From Betaproteobacteria bacterium (GTDB taxonomy: Bacteria; Pseudomonadota; Gammaproteobacteria; Burkholderiales; Burkholderiaceae_C): a stretch of 64,000 nt of DNA. The position numbers and the translations under genes were made by a program. Under the pieces are notes generated by a model. The model was given only the letters and a program-made list of their open reading frames with translations. It was not told where the DNA came from and ran no database searches. Shown piece after piece: positions 19,817 to 28,663 of this stretch; the first letter of the stretch is position 1; every line of letters begins with the position of its first letter. The stretch lies in contig JAYWHD010000036.1 of assembly GCA_043777895.1 (NCBI GenBank), forward strand, positions 9,860 through 73,859, given 5' to 3'.

Positions 19817-21058
19817 ATGTTTAAAGTGATTATTCAATTTTTTATACGTTTATTATTGCCACAAAAACCATCAGCGGTGACAAGATTTCAGCCTAAACCT
19901 TTATCAAATGGTATTCCTTTGCGTGAGCAAATTGACATTCGTATTATTTGGGTAACTGGTTTTTTACTGGTATTTGGTCTAATTATGGTGTACTCATCTT
20001 CCATTGGCTTAAGTGAGTTGCGTAGTATGCGTGACTTTCACCCTGGGCATTTTTTGTTCCGCCAAACTTTATTTGTACTATTTAGCTTAGTGGTCGCTAT
20101 GATTGTGTTTCAATTACCGATGTATCAATGGCAGCAAATCGCCCCACATTTATTTTTATTAAGCTTATTTTTACTTGGTATAGTGCTGTTGCCTCAAGTC
20201 GGTAAACTGGTCAATAACGCCCGCCGTTGGATTCCCCTAGGACCGATTATGCTGCAACCTTCAGAAATAATGAAATTTGCAGTCATTGTATACACGGCAC
20301 AATATTGTATTAATAAGCAAAAAAAAGGTGTGCTTATGTATTGGGTTCACGGTCTTTTACCTATGCTGATAATGCTATTTGTATTGTTGATTGAATTATT
20401 ATTACAACCTGATTTGGGGGCATTAATTGTTATTTGTAGCGTTGCTTTAGGCATTCTATTTTTAGGTGGTTCGTCAATTAAACCCTTATTAGTTATAATA
20501 TGTCTTTTTTTAGCAGCTTTTGCTGCCGTAATTGTAACTAGCCTTAGAGCGAGGCGGGTATTAGCATTTTTAAACCCTTGGTCACCTGAATTTATTAAAA
20601 CAGAAGGTTATCAACTCACTAATTCGTTAATTGCATTTGGACGTGGTGAGTTATTTGGGGTTGGTTTAGGCAATAGCGTCGAAAAATTAACCCATTTATC
20701 CGAAGCACATACTGATTTTATATTGGCGATTATTGCGGAAGAATTAGGCTTTGTAAGTGTATGTGTTGTTGTTGCGTGTTATGTTTTTTTAGTATCACGG
20801 GCTTTTCGTTTGGGACGCAAAGCCCAAGCACAAGAAAAAAGCTTTGAATCTTTAGTTGCACAAGGCATTGGTTTGTGGTTAGGCTTACAATCAGCGGTGC
20901 ATTTATGTGTCAATGCAGGTGCTTTACCCACTAAGGGATTAACATTGCCTTTTATTAGTTATGGTGGTTCAGCTATGTTTATGAGCTTATTAGCAATGGC
21001 AGTACTGCTTCGTGTTGATTATGAGGTCAGGCGAGACATTAAAAGTATGACCGTTTAA
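19817..21058 (+). CDS. ftsW: Peptidoglycan glycosyltransferase FtsW (SEDS family)
   Basis: Polytopic protein with QPSEIMKF, HTDFILAIIAEELG and PTKGLTLPFISYGGS. Confidence 0.95.
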   Translation: MFKVIIQFFIRLLLPQKPSAVTRFQPKPLSNGIPLREQIDIRIIWVTGFLLVFGLIMVYSSSIGLSELRSMRDFHPGHFLFRQTLFVLFSLVVAMIVFQLPMYQWQQIAPHLFLLSLFLLGIVLLPQVGKLVNNARRWIPLGPIMLQPSEIMKFAVIVYTAQYCINKQKKGVLMYWVHGLLPMLIMLFVLLIELLLQPDLGALIVICSVALGILFLGGSSIKPLLVIICLFLAAFAAVIVTSLRARRVLAFLNPWSPEFIKTEGYQLTNSLIAFGRGELFGVGLGNSVEKLTHLSEAHTDFILAIIAEELGFVSVCVVVACYVFLVSRAFRLGRKAQAQEKSFESLVAQGIGLWLGLQSAVHLCVNAGALPTKGLTLPFISYGGSAMFMSLLAMAVLLRVDYEVRRDIKSMTV

Positions 21059-21259
21059 ATAGCGAATAAGGTTAAATTTTAAAGACTAAATGCTAAAACA
21101 CCCTATATAAGGTTTTGATACTGTTAAAATAGTGACAGTATACTTAATTTAACAATAAAAATAAAAACAGTTTAATAAATTTAATAATAATAAATTTAAT
21201 AATAAAGAGTAAGTTAAAAGTGTGCTACACATTTAAAAAATTTAAACTAAAGGACTTTT

Positions 21260-21679
21260 ATGAAAATCGCTAAATTTATACTCGCTTCAGCAGCTGCTTT
21301 GTCACTAGCATCGGTATTTTCAACGGCACACGCTGCACAGGACTGTACAAAGGGAAATGAGGCTAACTCTACCACATTACAGTGTATCTTTAATATAAAT
21401 TCTGTACCATGGAATAGAACTATTGAATTAAATGTAGAAGCTAAGTCATGGAAGGGAGGTAATGTCTCTGTTTCTCTTGTTCGTGACAAAGCTACTATTT
21501 ATCAGGGAACAAATGATTTAATTTATACTTATGAAGAGCAGTTTCCCTTCAGACTTCAGAAAATATATTCTTACAAAAAAAATAAGTGCTGTGGTCAAAA
21601 TAACTATATAGCAACCGTGTCCTTAAATAATCAATATTCATGGGCATCTCATTCATTAACCGTAAAGTCAAATAGATAA
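21260..21679 (+). CDS. Small secreted hypothetical protein (ORFan) inserted between ftsW and murG
   Basis: Signal-peptide-like N-terminus MKIAKFILASAAALSLASVFSTAHA/AQ. AAGGA lies 6 nt before the ATG. The mature part has 4 Cys and looks beta-rich. I recognise no family. Confidence 0.55.
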   Translation: MKIAKFILASAAALSLASVFSTAHAAQDCTKGNEANSTTLQCIFNINSVPWNRTIELNVEAKSWKGGNVSVSLVRDKATIYQGTNDLIYTYEEQFPFRLQKIYSYKKNKCCGQNNYIATVSLNNQYSWASHSLTVKSNR

Positions 21680-21804
21680 TATACAGTTAAGATAAATATG
21701 GAGTAAGCTAGGACAATTTACGTTTATTAAGTTTAATTGTCTAGGTTACTTCACCCAAATATACTTTAACTAAAGTAGCAACGCCCCTATTTTAATGCTA
21801 CACA

Positions 21805-23046
21805 ATGAGTCTATCTGAAAAAAAATCTGTGCCATCACTTGCCTTTATTGCCGCAGCAGGCACTGGCGGCCATATCATTCCAGGTTTAGCAATTGCCACA
21901 CAGTTACAAAAACAAGGCTGGCATATTGAATGGATTGGCACTAAAAAAGGTATGGAGAATACTTTAGTACCGCCTACAAGTATTTCCTTAAACCAATTAA
22001 ATTTTGTTGGTTTACGTGGTAAAGGTGTTTTAGGCCTTGTTAAGGGGGCTTGGCATTTACTAATCGCTTGGATAAACTGTATTCGTTTAATGCGTTCTTA
22101 TCAGATTCGCTTAAACTTAATTAACACAGATAATTTAAATAAAAATAATCTAAATAAAAATAATCTAAATAAAGATAATCTAAATAAAGATAATTTGTCT
22201 AATATTATTTTGATTGGTATGGGGGGTTATATTTGCATACCTGCAGCTTGGGCAGCGTGGTTATTAAAAATACCTTTGGTTTTAGTCAATGCTGATGCCG
22301 ATTTATTGTTGTCTAATAAAAGTTTGGCAAAGCTAGCCACTGCTGTTTGTTGTGGGTTTGAGGGGTCAGCTTCTAAACTTAACAACGCGGTTGTTACGGG
22401 TAATCCCATTCGTAGTCAAATTGCCACTTTAGTTGCCGCTTCACCGATTGAATCACGCTATGCAGCTAGAACGGGTGGGCTAAATGTTTTAATATTAGGC
22501 GGTAGCTTAGGTGCGCAAGTTTTAAATGACCAAGTACCCGCAGCCATAGCAGTATGGATTTCATTACTCAATCAACCACACAATACCTCTTTATTGTCAG
22601 GTAATATTTTGCCTAATATTTGGCATCAAAGCGGTTTAAAGCAATTAGAGCGTACGCAAAAAAACTATGCGGTACAAGGCATTACTGCCACAATTGTCCC
22701 ATTTATTGATGATATGGCCGCCGCTTATCAGTGGGCTGATATTGTTATTTGTCGCGCAGGTGCAATTACTATCAGTGAAGTATGTGCCGCAGGTGTTGCT
22801 GCTATTTTAGTGCCGCTAATAGCCAGTACTACTCGCCATCAAGAAGGCAATGCGATGTATTTAGCTAAGCATAATGCCGGCATTCATATACCGCAAGTCA
22901 ATTTAACCGCTAATTTTCTTGCGACAACCTTACACACATCAAACCGACAACAATTAATAGCAATGGCACAAGCAGCACATAATTTAAGCTACTCAAATTC
23001 AACGCAAGCCGTTGTTCAAATTATTGAACGTAGCTTATTAAAATAA
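21805..23046 (+). CDS. murG: UDP-N-acetylglucosamine--N-acetylmuramyl-(pentapeptide) pyrophosphoryl-undecaprenol GlcNAc transferase, with repeat insertion
   Basis: AAGTGGHIIPGLA G-loop, GMGGYICIP and CRAGAITISE. Confidence 0.94.
   Translation: MSLSEKKSVPSLAFIAAAGTGGHIIPGLAIATQLQKQGWHIEWIGTKKGMENTLVPPTSISLNQLNFVGLRGKGVLGLVKGAWHLLIAWINCIRLMRSYQIRLNLINTDNLNKNNLNKNNLNKDNLNKDNLSNIILIGMGGYICIPAAWAAWLLKIPLVLVNADADLLLSNKSLAKLATAVCCGFEGSASKLNNAVVTGNPIRSQIATLVAASPIESRYAARTGGLNVLILGGSLGAQVLNDQVPAAIAVWISLLNQPHNTSLLSGNILPNIWHQSGLKQLERTQKNYAVQGITATIVPFIDDMAAAYQWADIVICRAGAITISEVCAAGVAAILVPLIASTTRHQEGNAMYLAKHNAGIHIPQVNLTANFLATTLHTSNRQQLIAMAQAAHNLSYSNSTQAVVQIIERSLLK
22130..22204 (+). repeat. In-frame 15-nt tandem repeat x5 (RATAATYTAAATAAA) encoding (D/N)NLNK repeats in murG
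   Basis: Read directly. Copies start at 22130, 22145, 22160, 22175 and 22190. Confidence 0.9.
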
Positions 23047-23190
23047 ATAATAATAACAATACTTAATAATACTTAATAATACTTAATAACAATAAGTAAT
23101 ACTAATAATAGTAACAACAGTAACAACAGTAATAGCAGTAATTACTATAAATAATAAATAATAAATAATAAATAATTTAAAAACTTTAAA
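23047..23190. repeat. Composite tandem repeats (AATACTTAAT x3; AGTAACAAC x2-3; AATAAAT x4) filling the murG-murC spacer
   Basis: Read directly. Confidence 0.85.
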
Positions 23191-23192
23191 AA

Positions 23193-24710
23193 ATGAAACA
23201 CGCAATTAAATCTATTCACTTTGTAGGTATCGGTGGGGCTGGTATGAGCGGTATTGCTGAAGTACTACACAATCAAGGTTACAGTGTGAGTGGATCAGAT
23301 AAATTAGTGTCTAACGCCACACAGCGTCTACAAAAATTAGGTTTAAATATTGTGCTTGGGCATCACGCCGACCACGTATTAAACGTAGATTGTGTTGTAA
23401 CTTCAACAGCAGTGACTGCCGATAATCCAGAAGTCTTGCAAGCTAAAGCACAACGTATTCCCATTGTCCCCAGAGCCGTGATGTTGGCGGAGTTAATGCG
23501 TACATTTAAAGGTATTGCAATTGCAGGGACTCACGGCAAAACCACGACTACTTCGTTGGCAGCCAGTGTCTTTGCGGCGTGCGGTAAAGACCCTACTTTT
23601 GTGATTGGCGGCAAATTAAACAGTATTGGGGCTAATGCCCAATTAGGTAAAGGTGAATATATTGTTGTAGAAGCCGATGAATCCGATGCTAGTTTTTTAA
23701 AACTATTACCTGTAATGGCAATTGTGACTAATATTGACCAAGACCACATGGATACCTATGAACATAGCTATGACAAACTCAAGCAAGCTTTTGTAGATTT
23801 TTTACATAAAATGCCTTTTTATGGTACGGCAATTGTTTGTATTGATGATGCAGGTATTCAATCTATTTTAGATAAAATACAACGCCCTATTATCAGCTAT
23901 GGTTTAAGCGATTTGGCAGATATTCGTGCCGTTGATGTGCATGCTGTAGGGGCAACGATGCACTTTACAGTTAAACGTAAAGATTCAATTGATTTACCCA
24001 TTATTTTAAACTGTGCAGGCTTACACAATGTACGCAATGCCTTGTCAGTCATTGCTTTGGCAACAGAGCTTGAGTTTGATGACTTAGGGATTCAAACGGC
24101 ATTACAAGAGTTTACGGGAGTCGATCGACGGTTTCAGCGGTATGGAACGCATAAAGTTCCGCAACAATTTATTTATAACAACAATAATAATATTTATATT
24201 AACAATAACGAAAATAGCAATAAAGACGGCAATAAAAGTCAATCTTTAAAAGACTGTGAAGCAACATTTGAGTTAATTGATGATTATGGTCATCACCCCG
24301 TAGAAATGGCAGCGACTTTATCAGCGGTACGCGGTGCGTTCCCAAATCGCCGCTTAGTATTGGCCTTTCAACCCCACCGCTATAGCCGTACCCGTGATTG
24401 TTTTGAAGATTTTGTGCGTATCTGTAGCACGGCTGATGTTTTACTGCTAACTGAAGTCTATGCTGCAGGTGAGACCCCTATCGTAGCCGCTGATGGCCGT
24501 GCATTGACACGTGCCATTCGAGTAGCAGGGTTTATTGAACCCCAGTTTGTTGAATCTATTTATGATTTACCAAGAACTATTTTGAATACGGTTAAACCAG
24601 GCGACGTAGTCATTTGTATGGGTGCAGGCAGTATTGGGGCGAGTTGCAGCGAAACTATTCAGCAACTTCAGGTATTCAATGCTACAAATAACAAAACTGT
24701 ATTACTATAA
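23193..24710 (+). CDS. murC: UDP-N-acetylmuramate--L-alanine ligase, with N-rich insertion
   Basis: [17 protein letters not shown] and [10 protein letters not shown]. The insertion is [24 protein letters not shown] at about 24166-24250. Confidence 0.95.
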   Translation: MKHAIKSIHFVGIGGAGMSGIAEVLHNQGYSVSGSDKLVSNATQRLQKLGLNIVLGHHADHVLNVDCVVTSTAVTADNPEVLQAKAQRIPIVPRAVMLAELMRTFKGIAIAGTHGKTTTTSLAASVFAACGKDPTFVIGGKLNSIGANAQLGKGEYIVVEADESDASFLKLLPVMAIVTNIDQDHMDTYEHSYDKLKQAFVDFLHKMPFYGTAIVCIDDAGIQSILDKIQRPIISYGLSDLADIRAVDVHAVGATMHFTVKRKDSIDLPIILNCAGLHNVRNALSVIALATELEFDDLGIQTALQEFTGVDRRFQRYGTHKVPQQFIYNNNNNIYINNNENSNKDGNKSQSLKDCEATFELIDDYGHHPVEMAATLSAVRGAFPNRRLVLAFQPHRYSRTRDCFEDFVRICSTADVLLLTEVYAAGETPIVAADGRALTRAIRVAGFIEPQFVESIYDLPRTILNTVKPGDVVICMGAGSIGASCSETIQQLQVFNATNNKTVLL

Positions 24711-24813
24711 AAATAAAATGAATCGCTAAATAGATAGTTAAATAGGTAGTTATTCAATACAATGTAATACTATCCATACTGCTTTTTGTTTTACACACTT
24801 ATACTAAATTGAT

Positions 24814-25830
24814 ATGACCTATACCATCCATCAAAATACTAGCCATCAACCATTTAATTGCACTGACCTTCCAGTCATTAATCCCGATTCTTTAGGAAAA
24901 GTGGTGGTATTAATGGGTGGGCTATCTGGCGAACGTGAGATTTCTTTATTATCAGGCAATGGCGTATTGGCTGCTTTAAAAGCGGTAGGTGTCAATGCGG
25001 TTGCTTTTGACCCAGCCACACAGGCTGTATCTGAATTAATAGCCCTTCAAGCAAACCGTGCAATGCTGTGCTTACATGGGCGTTATGGTGAAGATGGCTG
25101 CATTCAAGGTGTATTAGAATTATTGAAAATACCCTACACAGGCAGTGGTGTTATGGCAAGCAGTATTGCTATGGATAAAATAATGACCAAGCGTATTTGG
25201 TTAGCTGATGGCCTTTCAACGCCAAACTATCGCTATATATATAGCGAAGCTGATTTATTAACTGCCCACCTAGAATTAGGCGAAATTGCAGTCAAACCTA
25301 ACCGTGAAGGCTCTTCGTTAGGCTTTAGTCATGTCAAAAATGTACAAGAAGTCTCAGCTGCTTGGGCAAAATCGCTGGCTTGTTCTGACGAATCACTGGC
25401 TGAACAATTTATTACAGGCCGTGAAGTAACCGTAGCATTATTGCGTATTAATGGTTGTACGCAAGCATTGCCTATTATTGAAATAATTGCCCCACAAGGT
25501 AACTATGACTTCCATAATAAATACTTTTCAGACGATGTTCGTTATGAAGTACCTGCACAGTTATCACCCGAATTAACTAATCGGGTTCAACAGTTAGCCA
25601 TTGACGCATTTGATAGTATCGGGTGTGAAGGCTGGGGACGCGTTGATGTAATGCTACAAATTAATACAAATACAGGTGATTTAGTACCCTATTTATTAGA
25701 AGTGAATACCTCACCAGGTATGACTAGCCACTCTTTAGTACCCATGGCTGCTAAACAAATCGGTTTAAACTATGAAGAACTATGCTGTTTAATTGCTTCC
25801 ACGGCTACATTAAAGACTGATAAAAAATAA
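24814..25830 (+). CDS. ddl: D-alanine--D-alanine ligase
   Basis: ATP-grasp protein with LHGRYGEDGCIQGVLELL and LLEVNTSPGMTSHS. Confidence 0.95.
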   Translation: MTYTIHQNTSHQPFNCTDLPVINPDSLGKVVVLMGGLSGEREISLLSGNGVLAALKAVGVNAVAFDPATQAVSELIALQANRAMLCLHGRYGEDGCIQGVLELLKIPYTGSGVMASSIAMDKIMTKRIWLADGLSTPNYRYIYSEADLLTAHLELGEIAVKPNREGSSLGFSHVKNVQEVSAAWAKSLACSDESLAEQFITGREVTVALLRINGCTQALPIIEIIAPQGNYDFHNKYFSDDVRYEVPAQLSPELTNRVQQLAIDAFDSIGCEGWGRVDVMLQINTNTGDLVPYLLEVNTSPGMTSHSLVPMAAKQIGLNYEELCCLIASTATLKTDKK

Positions 25831-25885
25831 ATAATAATAATAATAATAATAATAAACAATAAATAATAAATAATAAATAATAAAA
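25829..25885. repeat. (AAT)8 followed by (AATAAAT)4
   Basis: Read directly in the ddl-ftsQ spacer. Confidence 0.9.
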
Positions 25886-25936
25886 ATATATAATCTATAC
25901 GTTTATATTTAGTCTAACCTATTTAAATTACTTGAA

Positions 25937-26710
25937 TTGTTTATGCTTAAATTGTGGTGGCTATCGTGTTGGAATAAACCTACTGTATTGAATGTATTAG
26001 CAGGGCTAATGTTAGTGAGCGCCTTGTCTTTGATAGTCATCACTGGAAGTTCATGGGTGCAACGTCACCCGTGGTTTAACATTAAAGAGTTAGTTGTCAC
26101 GGGTATGCGTGGTTTAACCGATACATCGCATCAAGAAAATAAAATCATTAAATATCAATTAATGCCTAGAATAAAAGGTAATTTTTTTACGGTAGACTTA
26201 GACACAGTACAACACCTTTTTCAAGACAATCCTTGGGTTAGACACGCAGTAGTACGGCGTGTTTGGCCAAACCGTTTATGGGTTGTTCTTGAAGAACATC
26301 AGCCAGTGGCAAAACTAAATGATGATTTACTGGTTAATCAATATGGTGAGTTGTTTTTAGGTGTTTTAAAGGGTACTGATATATGGCAAAATTTACCGCA
26401 ATTTTATGGTGATAAAAACAATGTTGATATCATACAGGCACACTTTCACCAGTTGAATCAGTGGCTTTTGCCTAAAAAATTGTCCATACGCCAGTTATAT
26501 TTTTCAGAAAGACGGGCTTGGACTGCCGTATTATCCAATAATATTGTGTTAGAAATTGGGCGTGATGATTTACAACCTAATATAGAGACGCGTATCAAGC
26601 GATGGGTTAATACTTGGGCAACGGCTCAACAAGCTGCCAATCTTAAACCTTACTCCAGAATTGATTTACGTTATCCCAATGGCTATGCGGTTAGTAATGC
26701 TTACCCATAA
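25937..26710 (+). CDS. ftsQ: Cell division protein FtsQ
   Basis: One N-terminal TM segment and a POTRA-like WVRHAVVRRVWPNRLWVVLEEHQPVA, in the expected cluster position. The track start is TTG 25937; an alternative ATG lies at 25943. Confidence 0.88.
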   Translation: MFMLKLWWLSCWNKPTVLNVLAGLMLVSALSLIVITGSSWVQRHPWFNIKELVVTGMRGLTDTSHQENKIIKYQLMPRIKGNFFTVDLDTVQHLFQDNPWVRHAVVRRVWPNRLWVVLEEHQPVAKLNDDLLVNQYGELFLGVLKGTDIWQNLPQFYGDKNNVDIIQAHFHQLNQWLLPKKLSIRQLYFSERRAWTAVLSNNIVLEIGRDDLQPNIETRIKRWVNTWATAQQAANLKPYSRIDLRYPNGYAVSNAYP

Positions 26711-26739
26711 TGCAATGTATTTTTTATCTAAAATATTCT

Positions 26740-26812
26740 ATTAAATACTTTATTTATTAAATACTTTATTTATTAAATACTCTATTTATTAAATACTTTA
26801 TTAAATACTTTA
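26740..26812. repeat. About 18-nt tandem repeat (ATTAAATACTTTATTTAT) x3-4
   Basis: Read directly in the ftsQ-ftsA spacer. Confidence 0.9.
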
Positions 26813-26870
26813 TCAGACCTCTTATTTTATTTACAATGATGTATTGATTTATCTTAACTGAATATTTAAC

Positions 26871-28175
26871 GTGAACCCTAATAAATACGTGTCAGTGCAA
26901 ACACCCTACCTATCTCCCTCTACTCAATCTATTAATCCACAACAATACCCGCAAATTGTAGCTTTAGATATTGGCACGTCACAAATTATTATTGTTGTTG
27001 CTAATGTCTTACCCAATGGGGTTATACAAATATGTGGTATTGGGCAGCAATCAAGTAATGGTTGTATGCGTAAAGGTATGGTCATTAATATTGATGCGAC
27101 AGTGGAAGCCATTAACGCAACCATTAAAGAAGCACAATTAATGTCTGAAAAGCAGTTCTCTTTAGTCTGGACAGGTGTAGCAGGGGGGCATATTAAATCG
27201 TCCAACAGTGAAGGTGTAGTGGCTATTTGTGATCAAGAAGTTACAAAAAGTGATATGGACCGTGCCTTAGAAACAGCAAAAGCCATACCGATTGGTAGCG
27301 AGATGCAAGTATTACACGCCATTGCACAAGAATATGTAGTAGACAATCAAGAAGGTGTATCTGACCCAATGGGAATGGCGGGTGTACGCTTAAAAGTAAA
27401 GGTACATATCGTTACAGGTGCCGTGAGTTCTGTAACTAACATCGTTAAATGTATTACACGCTGTGGTTTACAAGTAGCTGATGTTAGTTTGCAACCGTTG
27501 GCATCAGCTACGGCAGTATTAACCCGAGATGAAAAAGATTTAGGGGTTGTATTAATTGATATTGGTGGTGGCACTACGGATATTGCTATTTTTTCAGGTG
27601 GTGCAGTTCGGCATACTGCTGTTATTCCTGTCGCTGGTGACCACATTACTAATGATATTGCAATGGCATTGCGTACACCAACTGCTGAAGCAGAAGATTT
27701 AAAAATTCGTTGGGGTGTTGCAAAAAGAGATTTAGTTAATTCAGGTGAACGCCTAGAGGTACCTGGTTTAGGCGGTGATAGAGAATCTCGTATGATAAGC
27801 CGTCAAAACTTATCGTCAGTCATTGAACCCCGTGTAGAAGAGTTATTTTCACTTATTCAACAAGTAATTCAACAATCGGGTTGTGAACATTTATTGTCTT
27901 CTGGCGTAGTATTAACCGGTGGGTCTTCTTTAATGCCTGGTATGCAAGAGTTAGCCGAAGACGTATTTGCACGGCCCGTCCGAATCGGTGTTCCGCAGTA
28001 CACCGGTAGTTTCGCTGACATTGTACGTAATCCACGCTTTTCTACTGTGATGGGGTTATTAGAAGATGCAAAAAAACAAATTGCAGAGGTTACCCCGACA
28101 GTACTAGTACCTGTTGCAGACCCCACAGACTTTATTAAAAGTACATTTAAAAAGATGAAAGGTTGGTTTTATTAA
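26871..28175 (+). CDS. ftsA: Cell division protein FtsA
   Basis: Actin-fold motifs ALDIGTSQ and DIGGGTTDIAIF. GTG start. There is a short N-terminal extension. Confidence 0.94.
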   Translation: MNPNKYVSVQTPYLSPSTQSINPQQYPQIVALDIGTSQIIIVVANVLPNGVIQICGIGQQSSNGCMRKGMVINIDATVEAINATIKEAQLMSEKQFSLVWTGVAGGHIKSSNSEGVVAICDQEVTKSDMDRALETAKAIPIGSEMQVLHAIAQEYVVDNQEGVSDPMGMAGVRLKVKVHIVTGAVSSVTNIVKCITRCGLQVADVSLQPLASATAVLTRDEKDLGVVLIDIGGGTTDIAIFSGGAVRHTAVIPVAGDHITNDIAMALRTPTAEAEDLKIRWGVAKRDLVNSGERLEVPGLGGDRESRMISRQNLSSVIEPRVEELFSLIQQVIQQSGCEHLLSSGVVLTGGSSLMPGMQELAEDVFARPVRIGVPQYTGSFADIVRNPRFSTVMGLLEDAKKQIAEVTPTVLVPVADPTDFIKSTFKKMKGWFY

Positions 28176-28306
28176 TTATTCGTTCATTATAAAACCTATA
28201 TAAAAATATAATTTTCTCCTACTGACTGCTTTTAGTTATAAATACTGTAACTTACTAATAAATTTTAAATAAATATTTAAGTTTAGAGTAGGAATTAATA
28301 AATTAT

Positions 28307-28349
28307 TTGTGTATATTAATAGTATTAACAATATTATTAATATACACAA
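28307..28349. repeat. Perfect 15-bp inverted repeat with 13-nt loop
   Basis: TTGTGTATATTAATA (28307-28321) pairs with TATTAATATACACAA (28335-28349). (ACATAA)4(ATATAA)3 follows at about 28355-28398. Confidence 0.85.
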
Positions 28350-28663
28350 TATTAACAACATAAACATAAACATAAACATAAATATAAATATAAATATTTT
28401 TACTACCAAATATATTGCTGGTAATATTAATAAAATATATTAAAATAAATCAAATTAAGTTGTTAATTTTATTGTTTATATTATTAGTTGACCATTAATT
28501 GTACTACTATGTATTAATTTATAATCAATGAAATATGATTGTATTCTAGGTGTTAAAAATTCATTTATAACACTTTAATTTGTACTAAGCCCTGTCGTGC
28601 TTAGTAACATTAACCTAAATTAACGACACTGTTCTCTAATATTGAGAATATCAAGGATTTTCC

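Noticed and set aside
28176-28663. The very A+T-rich 488-bp spacer could be a replication origin or DNA-unwinding element.
   Set aside because: I found no cluster of DnaA-box-like 9-mers (TTATCCACA or its complement) here. The location inside the dcw operon, between ftsA and ftsZ, makes a regulatory spacer more likely.
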